NCBI RefSeq assembly: GCF_035594765.1
Contig: NC_085847.1
Span: 5,828,001 to 5,892,000 of the forward strand
Reading direction: 5' to 3'
DNA from: Anolis carolinensis
Lineage: Eukaryota
Length of the DNA: 64,000 nt
Part shown: positions 10,787 to 23,439 of the stretch, piece after piece
Position numbering within the stretch: position 1 is the first letter of the stretch
Layout of the letters: each line of letters starts with the position of its first letter
Notes under the pieces: model-generated
Seen by the model: only the letters and a program-made list of their open reading frames with translations
Databases searched by the model: none
What the model was told of the DNA's origin: nothing
Translations under genes and position numbers: made by a program

Positions 10787-13700
10787 TCACACCTGAAAAA
10801 AAGAGGAAGAAGTGTGGGAAGAAGAACACCGTCACCAGATGCTCACTTTCCAATAGCTGGCTAGAGAAAGTCAAGTAGAGGATGGGTGAAGATGTAGTTT
10901 GCTCTAGATTACAGTCAAGAGGATCATCAATAGGATCATGAGGAACATCTAGAGAGACCCGATTGACCAAAGCTGGTCTACGTGATGGCCATGAGGAATA
11001 TATTATCCAAGGTTGGTCTGCATTGTGGCCACGAGGGACATCTAAAGGAACCATAACAACCAAGGTTGATCTACATTGTGGACCTGAGGAACATAGAGGG
11101 ACCATAATTCCAGGTTGGTCTACATTATGGAGCTGAGGCAAAGTCTCACCTGGCCTTTGGGTCTCCTCCGGAGGGCAAAGGAGCTGTTGGCAACCCACTC
11201 GTAATGCCCGGCGTTCGGAGACCGTCTCCGAACGGTCACTTGGCCCACCCCCATCTCGGATGCCAACCTTGGAGAACCTGAAGCAGGATGAGAAGGGAGA
11301 ACTTGGAGGCCGGATGGAGAGGGGAGAAAGGGCCCCGACTCGGCCTTGAACGGGCACCGCACCTTTGAGGCCCCGCTTGTGCCGAAAGCTGGGCGGTTGG
11401 CACACTGAGTCACAGCATTGGCAGAAGGGACTGTTGAGATCATCCAAGAGTTCCCACCTAAGAAGAAAGGAAGAAGGTCCACCTGGAGGTCGTCTTCTCT
11501 GCACTTGGAGGGCATCCATGTTATCCAGCAATAGCACTCGAATCCCTCTTTAATGGCCCAGCTCTATTTTATGGGATGCTGGGATTTGTAGTTTGGTGCC
11601 CCCATTAGAGAAGAGCTGTCAGTTCAGGGCAGCGAACCAGAGCAATGGTGCTCCACCTTGGGTTCTCCAGATGTCTCATACTACTTTGGACTTTAGCAAG
11701 CAAGAGATAATTCTACGTACACCCCAAACTACAAAACCCATGGCAGCCAAGGTTATGGAAATGTGGACTCAGGGTCAAAGGAGCATTACCGCTTGAGGTC
11801 CCGATGAAAGGAACACGCTTTCCTGGTGGGGTGAGCGAGGATGTTGGGGTCCCAGGCTGAAATCCGGCAATGGAGGTAGACCTGGAAAAGGGGAAGTCCA
11901 CATTCCCCATCAGCTCCAAGGCCCCAGGCATCCCTCTTCCATACAATGGTCAGTAGAGACCCTCTTGACCTTCCTCAGGTCTACGCCATGGCTGTGAGGA
12001 ACATCTGGAGAACCTCCCGTTGTCCCCAGACCACACAAGGCTAGGCTCTAAGGGGCTTTGATGTCTTCCGTCCATGTACTTACATCATTGTGAAGGCCAA
12101 GAAATTCAAAGGCTTGCAAAGAGAGGCGGAGGGTTCCAGGGGTTCTTCTTGGGAGAAACTGTGAATCGGCCCCCTTGCCGTCCACAAAGCACCTGCCCCG
12201 AGACAAAAGAAGGCGCCTTTGAGTGGCTGAATGAGGAAGGAAGCTGAATTCGCCACAGAAGGGGAAAGGAATCCAAAGCATATCTTGAGATGGACCCTTG
12301 GATGCCTCCTCCAAAGTTCAGGCTAAACCCCGGAGTGGATTCACAGCTCTGCCAGCCAGGACAGATGCCCCTAAGTGTCCACTCACCCATAGTTGGCAAT
12401 AACGGTATAATTCCTGAGGGACCGGCTCAGTTCTGGAGATGTCGCTGCCACACATTCGTCAACAAAGACCCTCAAGGGCTGGTGGAAGGAGGCCTTCACC
12501 CCAAACTCCAGGTGGATCTGTGAGCCTAGGAGGAAGGCTGCCGAGGCGGAGGGGGCACGGAAGTCCTCTGTGGAAGGAACCGGTGCCAGGGACTTAGGAT
12601 GGGCATTGCCAGCTCCTGTCCCTCAAGGAGCTTTCCCTTACCTTTCATGAACGTTGCCGTGAACACCAGCCCACCGGATGCCAAGAGCTGGCCCTTCACC
12701 GATGTCACCTGTGCTGGAACCCATGGCTCGGACCTAGAAGGCACAAAAGGGGAAGGCACAAAAGGGGGAGACCCAAGGAGGTGTACCCAAGGACACCCCT
12801 TCCCAACATCCCCATGAAACCCCCTTGAAAGAGCCTGGCAACATTGGGCACAAGGACCCAAGGCTTACCCGTAACGGGTGCAGTTGATCCGCTCTGTGAA
12901 CGGGCGGTTATAGAGTCCGCTCTGGCTGTACAGGGGGCTGTGGACCAGGTAGGCGGAGTACTCCACCATCTTGACAGACCTCTGCAAGAACCCAAAATAA
13001 TGTCCTCAAGATGCCCAAGGAACCCTCCGTGGTTTGAGAGTTCGCCTACAGCGCCCATTGCCGTAATCGCACACAACCCAACACACACCCTCCCCAAGGT
13101 TGGGGATGTTCCTCATGGCCATGATTTAGACCAAACTTGATCAGTAGAGTCCCTCTTGACGTCCCTCTGGTCTACATCATGCCCACAAGGAAGATCTGGA
13201 GGATCACACCGACCAAGGTTGGGCTACTTATGACTATGAGGACCATCTACAGGGACCACATTGACCAAGGTTGGTCTACATGATGGCCACGAGGAACAAA
13301 GGGACCATATTGACCAAGGGTGGGCTACATTCAGGACAAGGAACATCTAGATGGACCATATTAACCAAGGCAGAGCTATAGCATGGCCATAAGGAAGCTC
13401 TGGAGATCTCCAGGCCATGCATAGCCCACCGAAGCAAGCCCCTCCCCATTCGCCCACTGGGTCTGAGGGCCCAAGGTGGGCTCCCCTCCCATCGCCAGGC
13501 CTTTGGCCACTCACTCACCAGCCGAGCAAAGCCACACTCAGTCAGGCGGTACTCAAAGTGGAAGAGGCGCTGCTGGGCGTTGGCGGAGGACGGGGGACAG
13601 GTGCCCAGGCGCAGGTCCTGGGGGTCCAGCTCCATCCCGGTGCCCCATGGGTCCATTGGAAGCACAAGGTGGACGCTGGTCTGGTTGCACTCATACAGCA

Positions 13701-13899
13701 CCGAGGTGGAGGGCACTACGGGAAGGAGGGAGGGGAGATGATAGCAGCTGTAGTCCAAGGCAGCCCCTTCCCCAGCCTTGAGGCAATGGTTTTGGGGAGC
13801 TTTGAGGAGGCCAATGCCTGTCCCCTTCTTACCTCTCTGAGCCACAGCGAGCGCCAGGCTGCAGGCCAGGCCCACCAGGCCCATCACACCAGACTCCAT
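10787..13899 (-). CDS. ZP3-like gene A: signal peptide + ZP-N + ZP-C + furin site + EHP, no TM (about 359 aa, 10 exons)
   Basis: Exons 13899-13833, 13715-13519, 12981-12869, 12733-12642, 12567-12387, 12192-12084, 11881-11790, 11457-11363, 11277-11150 and 10792-10787 (GTG TGA), 1080 nt in frame. ZP-N Cys in YECN, GTCP, TECG and INCT. ZP-C motifs FLLGSQIHLE, PLRVFVDECVA, VIANYGCFVDG, VYLHC, KACSF and CQCCDSVC. Furin site RHKR. EHP-like MGVGQVTV. AATAAA (- strand) at 10646-10641. Confidence 0.9.
10930..11130. repeat. Degenerate ~50-bp tandem repeat in ZP gene A introns (also about 11950-12010 and 13140-13410)
   Basis: CCAAGGTTGGTCTACAT..TGGCCAC.AGG.ACATCTA.AGGGACCAT recurs. Confidence 0.75.
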
Positions 13900-16840
13900 C
13901 TTGGTCCTTCCTGCTTTCCTTCCTTCCTTCCTTCTTTTCTCCTTTAAGCCCTGGAAGAAGTCAGGCTCTCTGCCCCAGCTGTGCCTTGGCCCTTTCTGCT
14001 TCCCAGTCTGACCCAGGTGCTGGGCATTCTGGCCCAATCAGCTTCCCTTCCAGCAGGCTGAGGAGGCAGCAGCAGGACTCCAACTCCCATCACCCCATGT
14101 CAAACTCAAGCAAGGCTGATAGAAAGAAATGGCTCTGGTTCCTTGCGGGGTCTGGTTGCCGGCCTCCAGGTCCTGGTGGGCTATGCTGCTGGGGGAGGAT
14201 GGGAGCTCTTCCCTCGCCTGCACTCTGCACATGCTCAGGGGTGCTGTCCCTTTCTGTGTAGGGCTCCTCAAACCAAGAGTTGCAACAGCTGCAAATGGTT
14301 CAGGAAAAGACCACTGGCTCACACTGGGATTCTTGTTCCTGGGTCAGGAATGTTCTTCTTTCCAGGAGAGGAGGCCTTCCTTCCCTTTGAGCAACACAGG
14401 GATTGCTTACAGGCATGCTTCAGGCAGGACTGGGAATGGTTTGACTACAACTCCCAGCATTCCTTATCTCCACCTGGGTTTGTAGGGACTGCAATTAAAC
14501 CACTCACCCTGCCCCCCACTGAGAACTGTATTTGCCAACCTCTGTTTCAAGTTCTTGCAATATTTGATAATGAGATGTCTTTATATCCCTGTCACTCTAT
14601 GCATTCCCGAGGGCTTTCCGAGCCAAGGGAGTGCGGAAAGAGAGCCTGGTCTTTGCTGGTGGGAGACCGCCAGCAAAGACCAGGCTCTCTTTCCGCACTC
14701 CCTTGGCTGCAGCCCAACCAGGGCTGACCCTGCTTAGCTTCCAAAACAAGGCCTTTGGGGTATTGTTTTCACCTCAGTGGCAATGCCATAGAGGACTCTC
14801 CAGAGCCTGTTCCTTCCCCTGATATACCTTGGTCGGCCTCCCATCCAAGTCCCAACCAGGGCTGTCCCTGCTTAGCTTCCGAAATGATCATCCAAGGCCC
14901 CTCAAAAGACTTTGATGCCAGTCCCCTTCCTCCCCAAGAAGAAACGGAGGCAAGGCTGGAAAACGGTGGAACAAAACCTCTGTATTCAAAAAAACCAGTC
15001 TGATATACAGTATAATGTATTTTACAACACTCTAGTGAACTTTTTATTGTATTGTATTGGACACACGCAGAAGATGGGACAGTGGGGAGAAGGAGTGGGG
15101 GAACGGAGGCACGGAGAGAGGCTCCCCTGGTTGACCTGGCACCGCAAACGTCGGGGGCCTCGGAAGGGCTTCCCCCCATTTATGCCTTCAGTGACCCCCC
15201 CCCCCCCAATAAAGGAAGTATGCTGGTCCTCACCAGATCCTATCATTTGTGTCCAAAGAGGGAAATCCTGGGATCCTCAAACCATGGGTTTTGGAGGAAG
15301 ACGTTTCTGGGCCCAGATCTCAATTCGACAGGGTTTCCATATCAGTCGGCCCTTCTACCTGCTGGAGATTGGGGTGTATAGCACACACAAATAGGCAAGA
15401 CTTTGGACCTTTGTTCCTATATATATATATATATGTCTAATACTATATAGAGAGTACAGTTTCCCTTAACTGGGTTGTCGGCAGAGACTCAAAGGTTGTC
15501 GTCTCCTGTCCATTTAGGCTGAAACAGTTTACGAATAAATAAAACAAACACTTACAACGATGAGAAATAGATTACGGCGCATGCCTCGAGGCGGCTTAGG
15601 AAGGGGAAACATGGGGGCAGGGGGCACAAACAAGTGGTCTTCACCGGTGTTGGACAAGAAGGTTCCGGATCAGAAATCGGTAAGCACCAGAATGTGATTA
15701 GAACAAAACAGGCTTGTGAAGAGCTGGTGGCCCCGCTCTTGAGTCCCAGCAAAAGGCATCACTTTGGGAACGAGAGGGAAAGAAATGCCTGAGGTCGGCC
15801 TCGGCATCCCTACGCTGCAGCCTTGACTCGGTGGGACGGGTTCTCTAGGCTTTTCCAAGCTCTCCATAAAGCATCCCAACGGGGGCCATTTCCTTGGGGC
15901 GGCTTCTTCCATTCTGGACCCAAGGAAATCGGAAAACACGCTCAGTAACGCACTCGGTAACGCACTCGTAATCAACCCGAACTGGGAAAAGGCCTCTCTT
16001 TTGGGATTCCACCTCCCAGAGAACCCTCCTTCAGGAGTTGTTTCCCCCCAAAAGGGTGGCTTTTCCAAGCTTGAAGCAAAATACTCTTATCGATTTGGTC
16101 TTAGGCATTAACAACACATTGGGGGGGGGGGGGGGGGAATAACACTTTGAGAAGGGTCGACATACAAGGGGGACAGACAGACAAACAGTTACGGCTTATC
16201 CGTTCCCTTGTGTCTACACTGGGAACATAGGATGGTTTTCTAATGATCTAAAAATGGACGCTTTCTGTCGAAAGACTGAACTGTAATTCTTGTTCCTTCA
16301 GATGTTGCCAAAATATCTGTAGGACCCAAGACGGAGAAGCCGTAACAGAATTGCTTCCGGTTTGTGATGTAGTGAGGCCCATATTGTACGGTTCTTAAGG
16401 AACGTGCTCTCGACTGTTGCTTAAGAATCACACAGATGGGGAAATAGGCAACTGTTTGTCTGTCTACAAACACTGGAAACAGAGGAAGCAGAAACAAGGG
16501 AAGAGAGAATATTGCGGACGACCACGGTGTCTTTCTTGGTGTTGTGGTCTGTTATTGTTTGCTCTGCTCTTTAGTGTTGCAGCTCAGAATCTGCACAGCA
16601 TCAGGTTCACACAGAAGCCTTTGCCAAGGTGACGGGGAGATATTTTGTTTCTCGGCTGCTCAATCTAGTTGCTTCTCGACGTGGTCTGGTGTTGAAACCG
16701 GTCGGCACACTCTCGGGTGGCACGATGGCAACATGGCCGACCCCCAAAAAATACGAGGAAGGATTGAAGGAAGGGGAATGGGAAGGATAAGCACCAGGCG
16801 GTCCTCGCGGTGGGTCAGGGAGAGGGGCCGGCGCCCACGC

Positions 16841-18916
16841 CTACCACTTGAGGAAATCCCGCACTCGGCTCCAGAGCTTGGTGATCCACAGGTTGACTCC
16901 TAAGTCCGTCAGGTACTGGATCTCGGGGGTCAGCATCTTGCGGCACAGCTTGCGGTGCTTCTTGTGGATGCGCTTCTTGAGGTTGTAGCCCAGGATGGAC
17001 TTCTCGCCCAGGGGCTGCCAGGGCTGCATGGCGGACTCCTGGATGGCGTTGGCGTCCACGGGGCGGCCCCCGTCGATGCAAATGCGGGTCATCTTCTCGT
17101 TCTCCTCCTGGAGGCGGGCCACGTCCTCGGCCATGCGCTCCCTCCCGTAGGCCTCCACCTTGCGCCAGAACGTGGCGTTGAAGTGCCGGTAGAGCTTGGC
17201 GTCAATGAGGTTCCAGGCGGTGGCCTTCTGGTAGAGCTCGCCCGTCAAGCGGGAGACGGTGGAGTCCTTCCGGGCGTTGAGCTTGAAGTAGAGGACGTCC
17301 TCCAGCTCCCAGCAGAGCAAGTCCTTGAGGAGCACCAGGGACTCGTCAAAGTACTCCAGGAGCATGACCAAGTGGAAGCGCTGGTCGATCTCTTGGATGG
17401 ACTGCTCCACCCGGGGGCTGCTGGGGTTCAGGGTGTTGTCGTAGCCCAGGTCAAAGAAGAGCAGGTTCTGCAGGTAGTGGGCGTTGAAGCCGTTGGGGTC
17501 GTAGTAGCGCCAGGGGTCCCGCAGGAACTCGGCCAGCTTGTCCTCCCCGGAGAGCTTCCAGGTCAAGGGAATGATGCGCCCAAAGTAGTGGAAGGAGGAC
17601 TCAAAGAGGTACGCCGGGTCCCGCAGCACCGTCACAAAGGTGGCGCCGGCCGGCAGCAGCTTGCGCACCTCCTCGTACTGGAAGCGCATGTGGTTGCAGA
17701 TGATGTTGAAGCACATGCCCGGGCGGTAGTCCCGCACCTGGCTGCGCTCAAAGAAGGACGGGTAGTAGAAGTCGTTGCGGCCGTTGGGGAAGGCAAACTT
17801 GAGGCGGTGCTTCTCCCCAAAGCGGAAGAGGATGTTGAGGATGGTGCTGCTGGCTGTCTTGTGGGTCTTCATGAACATGATGTCCCGCTTGGGGAGGCAC
17901 CTGCGGCCCGAGAGGCTGCGGCTGGCGTTGGAGGAGGAGGGCAGGCGGGCCGGGGCACGGAGGGAAGAGCAAGCCGAGGGGATGGGCGTCCTGGAAAAGA
18001 AAGGCCAAAGGTCAAGGCCTGCCCCTCGCATCCACCCTCAAGAATGCTCCGGCTCCTTTCCCAAAACTATGCCTTCTAAGCATTGAATGCTCACATGTGG
18101 GACTCTAGGACTATCCTGTGGTCAAATTAGACAACTGTCAGGTGAAAATAGACGAGTTGAAGTGCAATGACACCCATCTCCTAGTAAGGAGGTGTAGGAT
18201 TTCCCTAGTTCTCCAACCCAGCACTCTTCACAGAGGGAACTGCAGGGACTGCAAGGGGCATCTAGTCTAACCCTCCTACTCTTTGAGGAACTGCATTGAG
18301 GAGGCCCTTACTGTCTGAAGAACCATGTCCCACTACCAGCCGCCCACGTTTTGCAGATGGGCTTGCAGTGAGCAGAGCCGGTCCAACAATGAGGTGAATT
18401 AAGCGGTCGCTTCGAGCGCAAAACATACAGGAGCGCAGTCAAGACTGCTTTTTCTGTTGATTTGTTGTAAAACATGATGTTTTGGTGCTTAATCTGTAAA
18501 ATCTTAATGTAATTTGATGTTTAATAGACTTTTCCTTAATCCCTCCTTATTATCCAACATTTTTGCTTATCCAACGCTTTTATTTTTCAGTGATTGGTTT
18601 GGGGGGGGGGGTGCCAAAATTCTGTCCGCCTACACTTGAAAAATACCTAGGGCCAGCTTTGGCAGTGAGGCAGCTCACGCCGATCAGGGAGACCCTTCCC
18701 CGCTCCCGTCCTGTGGCAAGGATGCCCGAACTCCCCTTCCAAAGGGAAAGACCTCCCCTCCGCCCCCCAGGGCCAGCTCACTCACTCGGTCATGCTGACT
18801 TGCAAGGGCGAGATGGCGTAGGAGTAGAGCAGCAGCATGAAGCTGGTCAGGAGGGTGCCCAGCGCCAGGCCCTTGCCCATGGAGCGCCAGTTCTTCCCCT
18901 GCGGCAGCATGGCCAT
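16841..18916 (-). CDS. GAL3ST1: Galactose-3-O-sulfotransferase 1 (cerebroside sulfotransferase), about 426 aa
   Basis: Coding exons 18916-18786 (MAMLPQGKNWRSMGKGLALGTLLTSFMLLLYSY, type II anchor) and 17990-16841 (PAPS motif FMKTHKTASSTILNILFRFG, TVLRDP, C-terminus LCRKMLTPEIQYL...DFLKW). Syntenic with PES1. Confidence 0.97.
18445..18580. mobile_element. Internal fragment of the same Tigger-like MITE family
   Basis: AACATGATGTTTTGGTGCTTAAT...TTCCTTAATCCCTCCTTATTATCCAA is shared with 960-1050. Confidence 0.7.
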
Positions 18917-19529
18917 CACCTGCAAGCGGAGGAGTCCGGGGGAAAGACAGTCAACATTGGAGGCAGAAGGAGCAATGAGGGGTGGCGGCAGGAAGGGTGG
19001 AGAGCGGAGGGTGGGCCTTGAGGCATGCTCTCTCCATGCTTCTCTTTCCACCCTTCTTTTCAGATCCTCTCCCAGAGGGTGAGCCTTCTCTCATTGGGTG
19101 AGGAGGCGTTTAAAAATACTAATACACGTTAGGGAGGATTCCAACAAACAAAGGAAAGCACAAATGCCTTCATACACATTCAAATAGCAAACCAACTGGT
19201 TCCCAACAGAAGCCAACATCGGAGACCAACTCATAACCCCCAAATTAAATAATAACATCACCTATCACATAAGATAACATCACCTAACATCTAACCTAAA
19301 CACACTCAAGACATTAAGCATCTATTTATATGAAACCACCACACCTAAAAATTCAATCAAAAATCGTGATTAAAATGATGATGCACCCAAAACACCAACA
19401 GAGCCAACAAAGCTCACCGAACGTGAACCAGCACAGCCAGAGTATAATACGATTGCTGGCCGGTGGTATATTAACTATTTGTCAACATCTAATCCTCCTC
19501 CTCTCCATATGAAAGCGTACAAAGGTAAT

Positions 19530-19830
19530 TGGTTTGCTATGTGTTTTCGGGGCGGTCTGGCCATGTTCCGGCAGCATTCTCTCCTGACATTTCGCCCACC
19601 TCTATAGCAGGCATCCTAGAGGTTGGGAGGCCTGTTGGAAACTAGGTAAGTGGGGTTGATATATATCCCTGTGGAATAACATCCAGGGTGGGAGAAAGAA
19701 AGAACTCTTGTCTGTTGGAGGCAAGTGGGAATGTTGCCATTGGCCAGCTTGATTAGCATCGAGTAGCCTTGCAGCTGCAAAGCCTGGCTGCTTCCTGCCT
19801 GAGGGGAGAATCCTTTGTTGGGAGGTTAAG
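19530..19830 (-). mobile_element. Penelope-like element terminal fragment (degenerate)
   Basis: Collinear with 33049-33320 (GAAAGAACTCTTGTCTGTTGGAGGCAAGTGGGAAT). Ribozyme core is mutated. Confidence 0.68.
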
Positions 19831-22800
19831 GAGAGAAGAGAGGGGGCTGTTTTTCTTTCTTTCGGGAGGGCATTCCAGAGATGGATGAGCCTGCATTCCC
19901 ATCGGTCTTTGAGAGGATGTATGTCTGCCCCTTGGAGTCCGGCGCACCTCGGCCTTCCCATCCACTCAAGGTGCGACTAAGGGGAGAGGCCATGCTGCGC
20001 CCCTTGGTCCACCTGGAAGCCATGGGGACAGCCTTCCTGGGACCACCGGGAGCCAGGAGCACGTGCAGAAAGCCAAGGCTCTCTGGCAAGCTTTCCCAAG
20101 CGCATGCAGCCCTCCCTGGAGCCAGCGTCAGTCCCACAGGCAGAAGCAAACCTTCCATGCTGTCATCAGTGAACCAACCAAATACATCAGAATCAACGCC
20201 ATACATAAAAGCGACATCAGTGTCAACATCCTAATTAAGAATTCCAACCAAGAAGCCTCCTCATCCCATCTAGCGCCTGTCTCTCCCTGCCAGCCCAAGC
20301 AAAAGCGAGGCCGGGAAAGTGGAGCGCACCTGCCGCAAGCGTGCCGGGGCCCCTTTCCCCCGAAGCAGGCGTCCTTTGGGAGGCAGGAAGGGCCGGAGCA
20401 GAGGCGGCGGAGCGCATGCCGGAGACTGCACTGCAGCCGCACTGAACGGCACCGTCCTCTGCGGCTCAGGCCAAGGAGACAGGCTTCCTTCCCAGGCCTG
20501 GCGGGAGGAGAGCGGAGAGGCAAGCAAGGTTCGGGGCAGCCAATGAAGCGCGGGAGCCTTGGGCCAGGGCCAGCGCCAGCGAGCATCCCTCGGAAGCCCA
20601 GAGGTGCCCCGTCTTTTGCTCAGCGGGCAGTGCCTGGCAGCTGTGATGGGCTGGATGGGGGCTAGCAAGCTGAACCTCAATCCAGACCAGACAGAGGTGC
20701 TCCTGGTCAGTCACGAGTCCCGCTCCCGCTGAGGACACAGGTCCATTGCAGCCTGGGCCTCCTCCGGGACTCAGCGCTGCCATTCCCAGTTCAGGCGTCG
20801 GCGGTGGAGACATGAGACACGCACCCACCCTCCCAACATTTAGGAAGGAGTTGAAAACCTGGCTGTTTAAGCAGGCTTTTGATGATGGCGAAGAGTCTCA
20901 ACCACCCAATGGGACAGGGCTTGAAATGGTTCTTGGAGCTCGGTTTGAGAATGCTGGGGACCCTGATCATAGGAATTGGCTGGTGTTAAACAGTGTTCAT
21001 ATATATCTTGTTTCTAGAGAGCCAAATAGTATTTTATATTGTTTACACCACTGTGCTATTCTGTTTTTATTAATTGATGATATGTGATTATTGTCTGTGT
21101 GATATCATTTCCTGTATTTGTAATTTTGTTGTATTAATATTATTATAATATTATTATTCCCCCCCCCCCCCCCCGCAAGGCCTGAGGTGGCCAACCAGGG
21201 GCAAGAGTGTCTCCGGGGGCCTTCTCCCCGTCCCCCGACCTGGGCTACCTGGCTCCTGTGGGGCACCCCGTGAGAGCCAGCCCCTCTCCCTTCTGCTGGG
21301 TCCCTCCCTGTCTCAGCTGACTGCGTCCTGCAGCTGAGATTACCATTGCCATGAATAATGAATGGATAGGGTCAAGCAATCCCCGGCTGGGTAACAAGAT
21401 GCCCTTATCCTCCCTGGCATTCAAAGCGCCTGCCTCCAAAGGCCTCCGGAGTGCCAGAGAAAGCCAAGGGCAAGCAGGGGAGAAATGGGCAGGGGCACTA
21501 GGCATTTGGGGGCCCCTCTTGCTCTGCCTGGCACCTGGCTGGGCACTGGCACCAGGGATGGGAGAGGAGGCCCCTGTGGGCATTCAGCATGGAACACTTT
21601 GCCCATGCTCTGAATCCAGCATCTGCTTAGAAAAGGTTCCCATCCTTCCTTGGTGGGATGGAAGGAAGGATGGCGCTGTTCCCCATTTTGGTGGAGATGT
21701 ATGAGGAGGAGAGAGCGAGGCCCCGCTTGCCAATGAAACGAGCCAGGACCATGAGGATAAACAGCCCAAGTTCCTTTCGAGTGTTTACTTAACTCAGAGG
21801 AGGTTTGGGCACTCCCAAGCAGGGCGTTTGGGCCTGGGAAATCTGTTCACCCGACAATGCTTCCTCTCCACTTTTGGCATGGCCCTCCTCAATATTGACT
21901 TTGCATTCAATCTGCAGTTAATCATTACAGCACCCGGGGAGGAGGCAAGAAAGGCACCCACTGCGCCAGGGGTCTCCGGGTTACGACTTGCCAAGGGAAG
22001 TCGGCACAGAAAGAACCAAGGGGCGTTGTCGGCCCGCTTTCTTGTCGTGCCTCCAATGGATCCAGTCTCCATTATGCTGAACAGATCACAACTGAGAGTT
22101 GACACTGCTGAGCCTATCCTAGCTGCCAATTTGTGCCTGGGCATTTCAACCAGGGGGTCTTTCTCGCGTGTACATTCTCCCTCAAAAGTTGCCCCACTTG
22201 ACAAGGGAGAAGAGCAACCTGTCCTGGCAGAATGTGGGGAGTTTGGCCTTTCAAGCCGTGCAGGCATCAAATGTAATACAAGGGCACCCACGGTGGCATG
22301 GCCAAGAATTATAGTGTATTGGGTGCATTCCCCTGACTGTCGTGCAGAACAACATGCCTTCTGTTCCCTCATCCAATACAGTCCTGGCAACAGCGGCAGC
22401 ACAGAGGGACCCCTTGGCATCCTACGTTACCTTTCCCGCGGTTCAAGCGCCGTCCTGCCTGCCTCCTCTTGCCCTGTCGGTGCCCAGGAAGCCTTGAGGA
22501 TGCTCCTCCGACATGGAACAGGCTCTTTCCAAGCAGCTTGGCCCCTGCGCCCCCAGAACCCTCTGCCACCTTGGAGGCCCCTTGCCACCCGGGGCCCTCG
22601 CCAGCTCTCTCCCCCCCGACCGAAAATGCTCAGGGACTGGGTTTCGGCATTGCCAAGCCAGCCTCGGACTCGCTTTCTCCTCCCACTTTCGACGACACAA
22701 AGCCTTCATTGACTGGGCTCCCAACTCAGCGGGAGAACAACGCCACTGTTTGTACCGACGGGGCAGCGCTGGCACCAACAAAAGACATTGTCTCCAGGGC

Positions 22801-23071
22801 AGAATCAGGTTTCCTGGCCTTGCTGCTCCTGCAAAGAGCAGCAGAATCCAGCCAGGCCCCGGGGACAAAAGCCCGGGGAGCCGGCAAAGGCTTGGCGGGA
22901 GAAAGGCACCAGCCTCAGCCTCACTCCCGCCAGGCAGGACCAGTGGCACCGTGCGGGTGGCATGAGACCGGGGTTGGCACCCAAGGTGGACCCTGCGGAG
23001 GGGGAGCAGCCCTCGCCTTGAGACAAGAGACCTCCCTCTCAATCTCCGCCCTTGCCTCCCAAGAAAATGGG

Positions 23072-23115
<44 letters not shown>

Positions 23116-23439
23116 GGTAAGGAGATAGGCTGGATCGCCACTGGCCTCGATGCCAGAATATGATCCCAGATTATCTGGCCGTGTAGACTCATACAATCCA
23201 GTTCAAAGCAGATAATCGGGGATTGGATCCTGGGATAGAGGCCGGTGCGGATCCAGCCCTAGATAAGAAAATAGATCAGTCTCTGGATAGAGAGGTCTGT
23301 GGACGGATAGAAAGGTAGATAGTATTTGTTTGTTTTATGGAGGCATTGAATGTTTGCCATTGTATGTTGGAATCCGCCCTGAGTCCCCTTGGGGAGATAG
23401 ATAGGGCGGAATACAAATAAAGTTGTTGTTGTTATTATT

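Noticed and set aside
3283-13899. Single fused gene with tandem ZP modules (A spliced into B)
   Set aside because: Gene A exon 9 ends in phase 0 while gene B exons 2-4 begin in phase 1. A has its own stop and AATAAA, and B has its own ATG and signal-peptide exon.
16955-18079. 374-aa + strand ORF
   Set aside because: Antisense shadow of the GC3-rich GAL3ST1 exon, with no independent motifs.
19140-19520. C/A-skewed tract resembling a mitochondrial insertion (NUMT)
   Set aside because: No mitochondrial gene or tRNA recognisable. More like the reverse strand of a T/G-rich LINE 3'UTR.
21794-23192. Overlapping 200-290-aa ORFs on both strands upstream of GAL3ST1
   Set aside because: No recognisable domain, codon bias or consistent splice structure. 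Probably intronic or regulatory, though I cannot fully exclude coding without a search.
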